Source: Eledone cirrhosa (taxonomy: Eukaryota). Taken from it: a stretch of DNA of 64,000 nt. Every line of letters begins with the position of its first letter. Positions within the stretch are counted from its first letter, which is position 1. Made by a program: the position numbers and the translations under genes. The notes below the pieces were generated by a model. That model was not told the DNA's origin. It saw only the letters and a list, made by a program, of their open reading frames with translations, and made no database searches. Positions 24,880-39,213 of this stretch are shown piece by piece. The DNA lies in contig OZ024753.1 of NCBI GenBank assembly GCA_964016885.1, positions 38,006,001 through 38,070,000 on the forward strand. The letters are read 5' to 3'.

Positions 24880-27079
24880 ATTATTTTCACAGCCATTAAC
24901 ACTTTCATCATCATCATCATCATCATCACAGATTAATATCTATTTCTTCATATTTCAATGGGTTAGATAGATGAGCTGTCACATACCAAGGCTAGACTGG
25001 TCAGATGACTACATCTGGCTTGTATGCTATGTTTATAGTTTAGTTTCTACAGATGGATGCCCTTCTTAATGCTAACCACTTTACAGAGTCTACTGGCAGC
25101 TGATTGAGTTGTAGGGACATTTTAACTTGGTGGACCTCATCTCCTCGCTAAGTTTGTGTACAACTGATTTCTTAGAGAGAGAGAGAAGCAAGAAAGAGAT
25201 ATTGAAGAAGAATTAACCCCAGTACTGAACATAAATAATATCAAAATTTCATAGATTCAATATTATGTGAGGTAAAGCCTTTACCGTGAAAATATGATAT
25301 TAAATATAGAGTAATGTAAATGCTAAAGGGTTAATACAAAGCTGTGCGTGCTAACAGTAGGGTATACTTGTAGACCAGGAAAACATGGGAAGGGGTAGTG
25401 AGATCAGATCTGATGCTGTTGAGCCACACACAGACAAACATAACACAGAAACAAGATAGTGATATGCCCTACAGCTAACCTGTCCAACACACCATGAAAA
25501 CATGGAAAAAAATTGGATGATGATAATGGTGATGATGGTGATGATGATGATGATGGGTTCTTAAATTATAGTTCATATTCTGTGTAGATATTATCTAACA
25601 TCTGCTGAAGAAATTTCCCATCTTTAATACTTGATAATATAACATATAGCGAATGAATGTAAGTTCCATTTGAAGAAGTTTCTGGCTTAGCAGCCAAGTA
25701 GGAGCTGCATGTTATAAACTCTTGATTTCTGTTCTGGATCACACAGATATGAAACTAAGAATGTGATTCCACTGCCAACGACCCACAATCTGCCTGATAA
25801 TTTGTCATAGTTTGAGCCAAATAAAAACAAGGCATAGTGTTTTTTAATTTGTTCTGCTAAACAGATAGTGGAAGCCATACAAAATTGTAATACTAGGTTA
25901 TTGAAATAAAAAAAATAAAAAATGAAATTAATTTCAGAGTTCACACCTACACAGGTGTTTTAATGATAGGGGGGCCCAATCCCATCATATTGTTATAACT
26001 CACACCTAAGCAGGTTTAGTTGGCCTCCTAAGAGGTTGCATCTCATAAGAGGTTTCTTGGGTACTATAACAATAGGGATCCTAATCCTATCATGTTCTTA
26101 CAACTCGAACCTTATGTAGGTTTAGTTGGCCTCCTAAGAGGTTACATCTTGTAGGAGGTTTCTTGGGTCTTTTAATGATTGGGGCCACAATCCTACAAGA
26201 AAATGAAATGTCTTGCTCAAGAACACATCGCACCACCAAGTTCAAGAATCAAACCCACAACCTTATAATTGTAAATATAACACACCAACCATTAGGTCAC
26301 GTGCCTTCACAAGTAAATATTTAAAAAATTAATCGCCACAATGCACAGCATGCAAAATTATTCAAGATTTTACATTAATGCGTGGTTAAGAAAAACATTA
26401 TGTGTTCCCTCCACATGTGAAGATATCACATGTATTGACACAATATATAAACAGGAACAGAAGAGTTTCTGTGAATGGAAACATCTGTCTTTATCTTATC
26501 ACAGATCTCAGTAAATATGTCCCACAGACACTACATATCTTTAGTATTATTATTATTTGGTGGATTGGCAGTATTGGTAGAGCGTTGGACAACAAGCTTT
26601 GTGGTATATAGTTACAGCCTTTTACGTTCTGAGTTCAAATCCCACTGAGTTTAGTATTACCTTTCATCCTCATGGGGTCAATAAATAAGGCATCAGTAAT
26701 GTGCTGGTGTTGATTTAAACAACTTTTCCCCCCCTTTCAAATTGCTGGCTTTGTGTCTAAAGTAGAAACAATTATTATTATTAATAATAATAATATTCAC
26801 CCTTAACACCATGCATACACATAAACTTCATTCTATTATCTGATAAAGCAACATTCATTTATTTTTTATTATCTCTGAAGAAATCATAAGGATGGTGTGA
26901 TGTGATATGTGTGTGGTGTGACCATTCTGAAGGAGGCAATTCTAGGATGGAGTTGAAATTAGAGATACCAGACACTATATAAGAACCAAACAGTACACCA
27001 GACAAACTACAGCCAGACTAACTACACCAGACTGTACACCAGAGTAATATACATAAATATTATTTGTCTATCAATACTG

Positions 27080-27281
27080 TACGAGGGTCGACTGAACAGT
27101 TCATAAGCTGACTATGAAAGAGTGATGTTAGGGCTGTGAAATCTTGCATACATTGATTTAAAATCTTCTTATTTATAACTGCATTGTTTCTTTCCAGGGA
27201 CTATGTTGAAAAATAAACCACATTTCGTCATTCCATGAGAGTATCTTGATCAGACTGCAAACTTTTCAGCCGACCCTCGTA
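27080..27281. mobile_element. Mariner-derived MITE
   Basis: TIRs tacgagggtcgactgaa / ttcagccgaccctcgta with TA ends. Relatives at 33017-33210 and about 43660-43767. Confidence 0.85.
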
Positions 27282-27609
27282 GATGTTGTTACTATAGAAA
27301 CCAAAACCATAATGAAAATAAAAAACAACAAAAATTGAACTAAAACCTACAAAAAGAAATATCTGTTTTGATTAGTAAGAAGACATATTTTTGAAGTTTA
27401 TCTTGTTGAACTTTACAAACTAAATAATCACATAAATGTCAACGCTTGAAATGCCAAAATCATTTTGAATTATTATAAAAGTACGTGAAATATTTCTTTA
27501 TTAATCTCTCCAAAATACTATTTCAGATGAGGAATGATTTCAATTTTCTTCGGTATTTATAACAAATATATTTTTCTTGTCCTTTACAACAAAAATATGA
27601 TAATGTGTG

Positions 27610-27840
27610 TGTGTGTATCTAGTTTACAATAGGTACACTATATCCCTGTGTGTATCTGGTTTAGAATAGGTACACCATATACCAGTGTGTGTATCTAGTT
27701 TAGTATAGGTACATCATATCCCTGTGTGTATATCTGGTTTACAATAGGTACACCATATCCCTGTGTGTATTTAGTTTACAATAGGTGTACCATATCCCTG
27801 TGTGTATCTAGCGCACAATAGGTACACCATATCCCTGTGT
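27610..27840. repeat. About 37-bp minisatellite x6 (aataggtacaccatatccctgtgtgtatctagtttac)
   Basis: Direct units. A single related unit lies inside a dispersed repeat near 23600-23650. Confidence 0.9.
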
Positions 27841-28002
27841 AAGGGGGCAATGGTAACATTTAACAATAACTTTGAAACATTGGGGGTTGAGAATTATTTT
27901 ACACAGAGAGAATAAGAAAAACATTTTGATCTGTTGACAAAAAATGAAAATTTATAATAAAGAAAAAAAGCTTCATTTGACAGATATTGGATAAGTTAGC
28001 AT

Positions 28003-28038
<36 letters not shown>

Positions 28039-28051
28039 GTAAAGCATAGAA

Positions 28052-28659
28052 CAGTGATTCCCAACCTGAGGTCTACGAAGGTTACTTGGGGTCCTCAAAG
28101 GTTACCTGAGGTCCACAAAGGTAGTAATTGGAACTATGTTTAAATTTTCAAGTACTTTGTTATAAACATGGTTATAGGAAAGGTCTCAAGATCTAGAAAA
28201 TCTACCAAAAAAAAAAAAAGGGGTCGGGGAAACTCTTCAGCTGTGTCAAAGAAATGATCATCTCCCCAATGCTGGTGCCACAATAAAATGCATCTGGTAG
28301 AGTACAGGAATGTGAGTAAGACGTAGACCTCAGTTTCAGCCTATCTGAATGGGTAGTGAATAGCTCCACTTGATTACTGACTGGGTCTATGATGACTCAG
28401 TCAACAGTAGCAGTGAAAGTGGACATTAAATGATGATCATGATGATATACACACAAATTAGATATCTATTCTTCTCTCAGTATAAGCATTTCTCTTTTGA
28501 ATGTCATCCTCGCAGTATAACAATCTGGTAGGGAAGTAATTGTATCGGAGTGAATGGAATGAAGTGACTGAAGCGGGGGGGGGGGGGGGGGGGGGGGTCC
28601 ATGGGAAAATTAATTTCAATAAAAGGTGTCCAAGGGAGTTAAAAGGCTAGGAACCACTG
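28052..28659. mobile_element. hAT-type non-autonomous element with a nested SINE-like insert
   Basis: Ends cagtgattccca / taggaaccactg. 8-bp TSD gcatagaa/gcatagag. Confidence 0.75.
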
Positions 28660-30320
28660 GCATAGAGTATATAGAAATAGGCAAAGCATTGGTACATATG
28701 TACAGATAAAATAGATTAGATTTAAGCAAGTGAAGCATAATGTATGTAGCGAAAGATAAAGCATAGAATATATATATATAAAAGTAAAGCATAGAATGAA
28801 GCCTTCACCAAATAAAAATAAACTCTATATAAAGTCCTTGTTTAAACCTGGTATAAAAAGAATTTATGTCTGAAAAATGTAAATCTTTAAAATCAGAAAT
28901 AGGTACTTGATTGTTATTTGCTGTGTATGTGAAGTGTTTTGGGTTTGGAGACAGACCTGGAGGGCTGTAAATCAGGGCAGTACTTGATGCATGTTAAAGT
29001 GTAGAGTAGGTATATATATATGGTGTATGGTATATAGACCAAATGGATGAGGGCCCTGTCCATTTTGGTTGGCTATATCAGGCCCACTACCTTGAAACTA
29101 GCCAGCTGAAACAGACAGGGTTCTCTGTTTAGACTGTATGACATATTTATCTATTAGTTACAGCAATGATGTAGGACTGTGAGATAGAACTTTGAACTAA
29201 ATATATTGCCTAGATCACATAATTTGTTGCTGAGATCATATAATCTGTTGTCTAGATCCTTTCTTATCAGTCAACAAATTTTCTATAATGTTAAAGTGTT
29301 TTGGATAATCTCTCAGACCAAAATGTTATCAATATCTCCACCTCCTGCACCAATTAACATCACCTAGGTAACAGAACTTAACTTTCTGTGAACTATAATA
29401 TCTTAGACATTCATAGTTTCAACCCTTTCCTCTACCATTAACAAATTTTCTCAAATGCTAAAATGTTTTGAAGAATTTCCTCTCCCATTAATTACTATCA
29501 GTTTGTAGAGATGGCACCAGGTGCATACTACCTGTGATTAATGACTTTATAAATATTATTATGCACACCTAAACTATTCAGTGTTTAGCAAACAGAATCA
29601 TCATCATCACCACCACCTTTTATATCACCCATTTTAAATCTAATCACCAACTCAAGTCATTTTTATCATTTTTGTTGATGGCCTTTTTCATAGCTGCACA
29701 AATTAACCAAATTTGACAGATTTCGTCTATCTTCATTTAGGTTTTGGTTGTTATTACTACTTCCATGACTATATTTCTAATGAAATACAAGCATGGGCAA
29801 CCTTTTTCAAGCAGTGGGCATCATAGGCTGTGGCACTCAATAAGGTGGGCTGCACTACTAAATAAATTCAAGGCAATTTTGAAATTAGGTGTCCCATTCA
29901 GAAAGCCAAAAAGGCTACAGTTTGCCTGACTCACCCAGACCCCTGATGAAAAAAAAGGTAGTATCTATTAAAAAAAACACTACCACTGCTCCCCTAAATA
30001 ATTTAAAATAAACAATTTAGTACTGTAAAACCGGGGACAGTTTCAGACAGTTTGATATCAAAAGGGTTAACATTGTATCATTTTAAAATAAGAGCTTCAG
30101 TTTTTACTTACTATTTTCAGTTGAATCAACCATAATTTAATATCAACAACAGCAACAACAAGCAGCATTTAAGGCCATTTCCCTGCTAAAACAGGGGTTA
30201 GCTTTGCAGACTCCATGACAGACATAATTATACTCAACATGGTGTTGTTTTTAAGGCACCAAGCACACAAATATTAAGCTACTTTGAAGCTGTATGTATA
30301 AAGCTGAAGAAAACATGATG

Positions 30321-30401
<81 letters not shown>

Positions 30402-30969
30402 AATTTTAACAGCATCAATAGACTTGTTAGCACAAATACAGACTCGTTAGCACCAATATAATTATGAGGCATGTTTGTTGCAATTATAATTACTGTATTT
30501 CTCAGTGTCAAAGACACACCAATGTTATGGACTCACCCTATTTTGGACTGACAAAAGAAAAATTATATTCCCAGTTCACACCAATGTAGGTTTAGCTGGC
30601 TTCCTACAAGGCCGTATCTCTCAGGAGGTTTCTTGGATATTTTAATGACAGAGACCCCATATCATGTTGTACAGCTCTCACCTCTGTGAAAGGCAATGTA
30701 AAATAAAGTGTCTTGTTCAAGAACACAACACATTGCTTGGTTCAAAATTGAAGCCATGACCTTAAGATTGCGAGTCCAACATCCTAACCACTAGGGTATG
30801 AGCTTTCACTCCATTTTGGTGTTCCGTTTTGAGTTTATGGAAAAAAAATGTAACCTTTGACCTCCAAGACTTATTTTTAGGGGTAAAAATGTCTTCAACA
30901 TGCCAGGAAATATGGTAATATACTCTTAGTCTAAAACTGTTAAAACCTTTGAACTAGTAATTAAAGTTT

Positions 30970-31423
30970 ATTAGTATCAATGTAGTTATATTTTAAATAT
31001 ATTAGTACCAATGTAGTTGTGTTTTAAATAAGTTAGTACCAACATGGTTATGTGTTAAATATATTAGTACCAACATGGTTATATTTTAAATAAGTTAGTA
31101 CCAACATGGTTATGTCTTAAATATGTTAGTACCAACATGGTTATGTCTTAAATATATTAGTACCAACATGGTTATGTCTTAAATAAGTTAGTACCAACAT
31201 GGTTATGTGTTAAATATATTAGTACCAACATGGTTATATTTTAAATAAGTTAGTACCAACATGGTTATGTCTTAAATATGTTAGTACCAACATGGTTATG
31301 TCTTAAATATATTAGTACCAACATGGTTATGTCTTAAATATATTAGTACCAACATGGTTATGTCTTAAATATATTAGTACCAACATGGTTATGTCTTAAA
31401 TATATTAGTACCAACATGGTTAG
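30970..31423. repeat. 31-bp minisatellite, about 14 copies (attagtaccaacatggttatgtcttaaatat)
   Basis: Head-to-tail units, more degenerate at the left end. Confidence 0.95.
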
Positions 31424-31945
31424 CGATATATATATCATTATCATCACCAATGTCTATTTTTCATGCTTTCATGGGTTAAATGAGTTTTTCATGTTTCGAG
31501 GCTAGACAGGTCGGGTGACCACATCTTGCTCATATGATCCATTTTTAACTTGTTTTTTCTACGACTGGAAGTTTTTTTTTTTCGTGGCACCAGCATAATT
31601 GCCTTACAGAGTGTACTGGGTGCTTTTTATCATGGCACCAGTAGTACTGCCTTATAGGGTGGACTGGGTGGTATTTATCGTGGCAGGTGGCCTTGAAGAG
31701 AATATATATTGTGGAATGTGTTCAGGTTTCCATGTCTAACTCAGGCAAGCATGGAAAATAGACATTAAATGATGATGATGATTTTATATATAATCTTGTT
31801 AAAAGTTAAATCCAGAACATTCTAAGATAGTCATCTGATGTTATTAGTTACCCTATAACCAAATTGTAAAGCAGAAATGAAATCTAGAAAAATATGAGTT
31901 TTTCAAGTAAGTGAAAAGATAAGTCCCATTCATCATTTCACTTAC

Positions 31946-32062
31946 CTCTAGAGACAAACTTTGTATTTTAAAGGAATTGTTAAGCATATGAGGGGAATAA
32001 TACCTATTATGAAGGGGTAATTTCTCTCTTTCAAACCCTGTACTTATTCCTAACAAAGAATA
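31946..32062 (-). CDS. 117-nt exon, probably of the same gene: YSLLGISTGFEREKLPLHNRYYSPHMLNNSFKIQSLSLE
   Basis: Acceptor ggtatattgttatttcag, consensus donor GAG|gtaagt, open frame, phase 0 to phase 0, compatible with the 29-nt exon. No recognisable domain. Confidence 0.55.
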
Positions 32063-32975
32063 CTGAAATAACAATATACCTATTCTTACTAATTCAAACA
32101 TTAAGATGAACAGAAACAATATTTTTTTTCTTTTACTAGTTGGCATATTGGCTTAGTGGTTAGTATGTTCTGCTAATGATAGTAAGGCCATGAGTTTGAT
32201 TCCTAGACCAGGTGGAAGGTTTTAATTTAACCCTTTAGCATTCACATTACTCTATATATACTATTATATTTTCATGGTAAACATAATTATCTCACATAAT
32301 ATCGAATCTATGAGATTTTGAAAGTATTTATTTTGAGAACAATACCGTAACATCAGTTTGAGTGACCAGTTACAGCCAGTTTCAACAGAAAAAGGTAGAG
32401 AATTCTGGTCGGTTTGAACATAAAATGATTAAGCAGGAACCCTTTAACCCTTTAACATTTACATTACTTTATATTTACTATTATATTTTCATGGTAAAAG
32501 CTTTACTTCACATAATATCGAATCTATGAGATTTTGATATTATTCATTTTGAGAACAATACCTTAACATCTCTATGAATGGCCGGTTACAGCTAGTTTGA
32601 ACAGAAAGAGGTGAGAGAATTCTGGTCGATCAGTTTAAATGGTGATTTTTGTATCACAGAACCAGGAGTGGTTTTGAGTGTGTTGATAATGAAAGGGTTA
32701 AGAAAAATAACTTGTGTCATAAACACAACTATATACAGCTGAAGTAATTGTAGCAATAGTCACAACTAACGTAATTTCAAAGATCAAAGCATATTGGTTC
32801 AACTCACAGTAGCTAGTCAACAGCTGGTACTTGACTAAACACCAGTTGAGGGTTCTGACTAATTTAATATTTCTGTTCATATAATTAAATACACTTTAGT
32901 CCACCAAAAAATCAGTGAACTACTAATACTTCTACAAACATAACTTGTGTATAGCAATGATGACTAAAACTATCT

Positions 32976-33009
<34 letters not shown>

Positions 33010-33289
33010 TTGTATATATGAGCGTAAGTTGAAAGTTCATGGGCTGACTATGAAGGAGTGATCCTAGCATTGTGAAATCTTGTATGCTTTAATTTAAACT
33101 CTTCTTATTAATAACTGCATTGTTTCTTTCTATGTTGAAAAATAAAGCTCATTTGGTCATTCCATGAGAGTATTTTGGTCAACCTATGAACTTTTCAACC
33201 GACTCTCATATATAACTGAAAGTTTAACAAGACAATATTTTTTTTAATAGTCTTATTGGATGTCAGTTAATTGCAATGTAGCCTGCCAA

Positions 33290-33490
33290 CATAAAAAAGC
33301 TTCCCAACCTCTAACATATACTAACTGTAATTCAATATGGTCCCTGCATCATAAAATGGCTCCCAACCCCTAACATAAAAACTAACTGTAATTTAAGGTG
33401 GGCCCTCCATCATAAAAAGGTTCTCACTCCTAAAATATTCTAACTGTAATTCAATGTGTGCCCTCCAGTATAAATATGTACCCTACCTCT
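33290..33490. repeat. About 60-bp degenerate tandem repeat x3
   Basis: cataaaa..cttcccaacc..taacata..ctaactgtaatt recurs. Confidence 0.8.
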
Positions 33491-34501
33491 AGGTTTCGTA
33501 GATATACCAGTGAGTAACTTTACAGGTTTGAAAGAGATAATTAACTCGGGTAAGTTGTGGTGAAATAGCAGAGATAGGGGGGGCAAAAAAAAAAAAAAGC
33601 AGCTCTTGTCTCCAAGAGATTCTATTTTAAAAACCATGATTGGGACAGGAAGTATCAATATCACCTTGTGAAATATAGTCAGCAAATCTTTCTTGTAAAG
33701 ATACTGTATGTATCATCATAGTTTTTGTCTCTTTTACCACTGGTTTGGAAGCTGCAAGACAAGTATAGATAGAAGGTGGTTAGAGGTGTTTGTAACGAGA
33801 TTCACAGCTCTGCAGTAAATGCCATGGTGACAATGATGGAGAGGTTCGTATAGATGATCGTAATGATGATGATGTATACTTACTAGAGCAGTCAAAATAA
33901 AGAGAAAGAAAGATAGAAAGAAGAGAAAAAGAGAAAGAGGAAAGAAAAACAAATTCTTTAGTTTGTTAATATTTATCTTCAAAATGCAAAAATGAAATGG
34001 AAGATGCAATTTGTCCATTATCAAAGAATTTAAAAAAACAACTGCTCACCAATTCACTAAAATCCAGATGCAGCATACATTAAAATATGTTATTATTATT
34101 ATTCATACAAAGGCACACACGATTTAGATAAAAGGGAAACAAAAGTTTAATTACAAATTAAGATGTTATCTCAACACAAAGACAACTCATAGTAAAATAT
34201 GTTAAATCTTAACATAAAGTGGAAATTTTGAGTTTTCCAGAAACGAACAACAAAATCCCAGACCTCAATCGTTCACTGAGTGGGGTGGAACTTGCACACA
34301 CCTCATTACATATCGCAGTACAGTTTGAGAAACACTAGATTAGCTGGAAATGAACAAACAGTATAATAAAGAAAATTTGTAGAAACTCAGGCTTATTGCC
34401 AGGCTGGGGAGAGGGGGGAGGGACAAGGCTAGCTTCAGAACATTTTGGGTGGACACTAGTTCAGAATAATTCTAAAGCAGAGTTTTCAAATATTTTCTTT
34501 T

Positions 34502-34555
34502 TTAATCTGAGAGAGCACTGTTGAAATACCTTTCAACAGTGCTCTCTCAGATTAA
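34502..34555. repeat. Perfect 25-bp inverted repeat with a 4-nt loop
   Basis: ttaatctgagagagcactgttgaaa tacc tttcaacagtgctctctcagattaa. Confidence 0.95.
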
Positions 34556-35187
34556 GTGAGGGGGAGTACCATCCAGTACTCCAACACCAAATAACATTAC
34601 TTGGTAGATAGGTGATTAATAATAGTTTCTTGTTTAAGACATAAGGCCAGTAATTTTGGGGGAAGGAGAAAAGTCGATTAAATCGACCCCAATACGTTAC
34701 TGCTAATTTATTTTATCGACCTTGTAAGGATGAAAAGCAAAGCTAACCTCAGTGGGATTTAAACTCAGAATATAAAGGGACACAACTATATTCCACAAAG
34801 CATGTTGTCCGACCCTCTACCAATACGGCCAGTCCACTACTCTTAAGTGATTTATAATAACATATTACTAACTGGTAGTAATAACAAACACCTGAGTTCC
34901 ATATAAACTGTATTGTTGGTATGTTATTTACAATTAATAATATATTACTACAGATGATAAAAAACACCTGAGTGACATATAAACTAGGTAGGTGATTTAC
35001 TAACATACTTTATTAACTGTTACAAAACTAACCAGTGATAGTAACAAGCAGGTAAGTTTCTAGCACTAGAAAAGCCAAGTTAAGTACAAAACAATTACAG
35101 TAATAGAATAATTACATTAAACTATCCAGTGAGGAAGGTTAGGGTATGACTAGTCATGTGGGGAAAGGGGATTTTATCAAAAAGATG

Positions 35188-35246
<59 letters not shown>

Positions 35247-35373
35247 ATACATTAACAGAGAAAGCTTTAAGCAATACTCCGACCGGCATCCATCTCACTC
35301 AACAAACATTAGGATATACCTTAGTATAATCCCAATTTTACGTTTGGGGTGCTAACTATATATATATATATAT

Positions 35374-35581
35374 AACGAAGGAAATGTGGTAAGGAACCAG
35401 GTGGACCATAACGCACCAAAGTACTCAATACTTGAGGTAGTAGAGTGGGTAATAGGAACCAGTAAGACCCCGACAGCTGAGCTCAAGCCGTTTCGACGGC
35501 TAATTCTGAATTAGAATTAGAATTAGAATTAGAATTAGCCGTCGAAACGGCTTGAGCTCAGCTGTCGGGGTCTTACTGGTT

Positions 35582-35586
<5 letters not shown>
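35374..35586 (-). mobile_element. Palindromic Penelope-like or retrozyme-like insertion in (TA)n with a (GAATTA)5 centre
   Basis: Perfect arms 35452-35507 and 35531-35586. Same family as 16164-16392, opposite orientation. Confidence 0.75.
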
Positions 35587-35620
<34 letters not shown>

Positions 35621-35623
<3 letters not shown>

Positions 35624-35945
35624 GACCATTGGCCTTGCAATCGAAAGGTTGTGAGTTCAATTCTCAGACCGGGTGATGTGTTGTTTCCTTGAGCAAGACA
35701 CTTTATTTCACATTGCTCCAGTTTACTCAGCTGTAGAAATGAGATGATAGGGACTGGGGTCCATATAATTCCACTGCAAAAGTGGTCGTGGAGGTGCCAT
35801 GGCAAAAAAGCACCCAGCACTCACTGTAAATGAGGTTGGTGTTAGGAAGGGCATCCAGCTGTAGAAATCAAGCCAGAATCAGTTCCCGTCCCACCCTTGC
35901 AAGCAGGGAAAAAGTGGACGTAAAATGAAATGAAATAAATGAAAT
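35621..35945 (+). mobile_element. SINE family A, unexpanded copy
   Basis: Nearly identical to 564-1290 but with a single 127-bp unit. Confidence 0.92.
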
Positions 35946-36502
35946 ATATATATATATTGTTGTTTTTTCAATAAATCAATCAATTTATCAAATATATTTG
36001 AAAACTAGTGGACCCATGCTGTCTATAATGATGGTAATGGCATATATACCAGGACTAGTGGACCAGTGCTGTCAATAATGAGAGCAATAGCATTGAATTT
36101 TAGAGTCCATGATTGGTTTGCTATTCTATTCTATTACATATTCCAGCCGACAGGTTGAGACCATGATGGGGTACCGGCTTTGATGATATATATATATACT
36201 AAGATTACTGGTTATATGAGTGATCATACAAATTAGGTAATTTGTGTATTGATAAATTTATGGTTTACATAAGAAAAGCCTTATAGTTTACGTTGATTAC
36301 TGGCAAGTAAGTGGAAGTGATTAAAGATAAAAATGATATTTTAATCATTTTGGGGATATAATTACATAGCTGTTTAGCATGTATATACAAATGACATAAC
36401 GGATTAAATGTATGAATAATTTTGGAAAAATAACAATTTATAGGGAGAAATGTAGGGTTAGAACCCGAAACTTTGTCATTACAAAGCAACATGAATGAAA
36501 TA

Positions 36503-36686
36503 ATTGTTTCTACTTTAGGTACAAGGCCAGCAATTACCCAGTGCATTACTGGTACTTTATTTTATCGACCCCGTAAGGATGAAAGGCAAAGTCAACCTCG
36601 GCGGGATTTGAACTCAGATCGTAAAGGGACGTAACTATGCTGGAAAGCATGGCGTCCGACCCTCTACCGATACTGCCAATCCACCA
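36503..36686 (-). mobile_element. SINE family B, young copy, TSD atgaaataat
   Basis: Reverse complement is nearly identical to 24697-24879. Confidence 0.92.
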
Positions 36687-36705
36687 TGAAATAATGGGAT
36701 GTTTT

Positions 36706-36738
<33 letters not shown>

Positions 36739-38707
36739 ATGTATGTATGTATAAATTTTGAAGAGTTACCACAGATGAAGATATAAATATACAAACATAA
36801 GTGGTGTATTATTGTAAATGATCCTAGGCGTGTCTTTCATCAGAAATATGGTAAAAAGGGGTTAACTCGTGGAACATTATACCTCCTCAGTTATTTCTCC
36901 TACACATTATGGTTTACTAGGAATATAAGCACAGATAATTAGTAAAGCATGAGACAGCCAAGAGCAAAATGGATACCAGTTCGTCAGCTTAAGTTGAATT
37001 TAATGCTGAGAATTGGCAGTAAAGGAATGATAATATATAGAAATGTCTGAATATTTGCACAGGCAATAAAAATATGTGGTTATATGATACAAACAGGTTA
37101 GCTGGAGGGTTGGGTTATACCTATAGTAAGTGATAATCTGCAGTGACTAGTAGTAAAAGAGTTAAGTGAAAACATTTAATTCGTAGAATTTCAGAGTGGT
37201 TCTTGTTTAGAAAGTCACTTCATCAGAGACTGTGTTGAAACTGTAGCAGCTACATCATGGGAAGGGTCATTTTCTATCCAAATCCATCCATCCATCAATC
37301 TTGGAAGAATTATCTAAATAGGAACCCTTTAAAATGGGTTTGGTATCAAAAGGGTTAACCTTTTTGATACCAAACTGCATGAAAACACTAAGCTGGTTTT
37401 TATATTTATATTAAAAAAAAAATTTCCATCATAATCTTTGTTAAGTTATGTTCCAAACACAAACTTAATAATGGGGAGATAAATTATATTACTAAAATCT
37501 TCCAAATTCTTGATTATTTTGAAAATTATGGGTATTGTCCAAGGTAGCATTTTTTAAAGACAGTGAGATTTGAGGTAGTCTGGTTACTATGTCTAGCAGA
37601 TCAAACAACCACAGTGACTTCCTTCAAGCTTTCTCTTTATTGCTTATTGTTATGACTGATGTGAGGAGATCAGAGCAAGGATAACAAAATATATGTTTAT
37701 GTATGAGAGAGAAAGGAGGGTGAGAATGAAAAAAATGAGAAAGAGAATATATACACATGTGTGTGTAACAGTGAATCTATTGTATGTGTGTAGATTATAG
37801 AATGTACAGATGGCAACCGAGAGGAGGGTGTGTTTAAAACTGGAAGTTATGAATGAGAAGGGTGTGTAATATCATTAATTCTTTAGAAATATGTTTTATA
37901 TATAAGAATGCCTACAATTTATGCAGTTGAAGAATATCAATGACTAAATAATATGAAGGGTAAATGAAAGAATAGTGGAAAATTATAACCTAGACAAAAT
38001 ATCTCGGATATCACACGTGCACGCGCAGAGGCTTTCTCACACACACAGGTTCTCTCACTTTCTCTCACACACACGTTATCTCACAGACACTCACTAGTCT
38101 TTCTCTCTCTCTGACACACACACAGTTCCCTCATGATCATTATCAATCAATAAAATAAAGTACCAGTAATGTACTGGGTAATTGCTGGCCTTGTGCCAAT
38201 AGTAGAAACAATTATCAATCAACTTACAATACAGTTTATTGTCATACAATCCAACATCATATATAGAAGCTGATGAATTAGTTGAAGCATTAAAACATCC
38301 GATTAAATACCTTTGTATTTGTTCCTGCCCAAGTAAACATTGCCTCTTTTCAGAGTCAATAAATTAAAGCAACAATCCAGGGGCAGTTGATTGGTGGAAT
38401 CATTAAAGTTGGAAGCGAGGCTTTGAGGAATCTGTCATTGGTTTGTGTGTTCCGAGTTCAAATTCCACTACAGCCACCTTCCACAGCAGGCTGGCCTATT
38501 GTGGAAAGTAATTGGTCTAAAGCAAATGAGGTTTAGGATCTTGCTGATCAAACTATCTATGCTATTTCATTAGAAATATGGTAATGAAAGGGTTAACATG
38601 GAGTTTCAAATAGTGTTATAGAATTGGTTTGGCAAAAATTTATCAGTCTACCATCACATAAACACACATACAAAGTTTATAACCTTTGATAATATTCAAA
38701 GACTTAT

Positions 38708-38912
38708 TATATGTACTCAAATATAAGCTGAGGAATATGTGACCCACCCTCTCACGCACACACAAATCGATGGTAGAAGAGGGTCAGCTTATATTTTGGA
38801 TCAATATTTTGACAATTTCACCAACTTCAAATTCTACATAAATAAGGTTTGGATTTTTGCCTATTTCTCAGACAGAAAAGTGGGGTTAGCTTATATTCGA
38901 GTATATACGGTA
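38708..38912. mobile_element. Tc2/pogo-like MITE
   Basis: Ends tatgtactcaaatataagct / agcttatattcgagtatatacggta. Related fragment near 24000-24070. Confidence 0.6.
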
Positions 38913-39157
38913 TATCAAATAACTTGAAGGTATAGAGCTCATGTTAGGTACACAATCACATTATACCTCTTCCCCTCACTTCACTTCAGTTCTTTTCTTT
39001 TCAAATGGATTGTTACATTCTAAGATGTATTCTACTTTAAAGGGTTCCAGTAGGGGCCAATTACCCGTGAACAGAATGTTATTATTATATATGGTAAATG
39101 AAAGTAGCACTTAATTCTGTGGAGGATAAATGCTTACCAACAATTTATAGAATATTA

Positions 39158-39213
<56 letters not shown>

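Noticed and set aside
25687-25892. Minus-strand exon-like ORF after an acceptor-like site
   Set aside because: It ends in a stop with no good donor, is out of phase with the flanking exons and has no recognisable domain.
35508-35537. Interstitial telomere
   Set aside because: The unit is TTAGAA rather than TTAGGG and derives from the adjacent palindrome arm.
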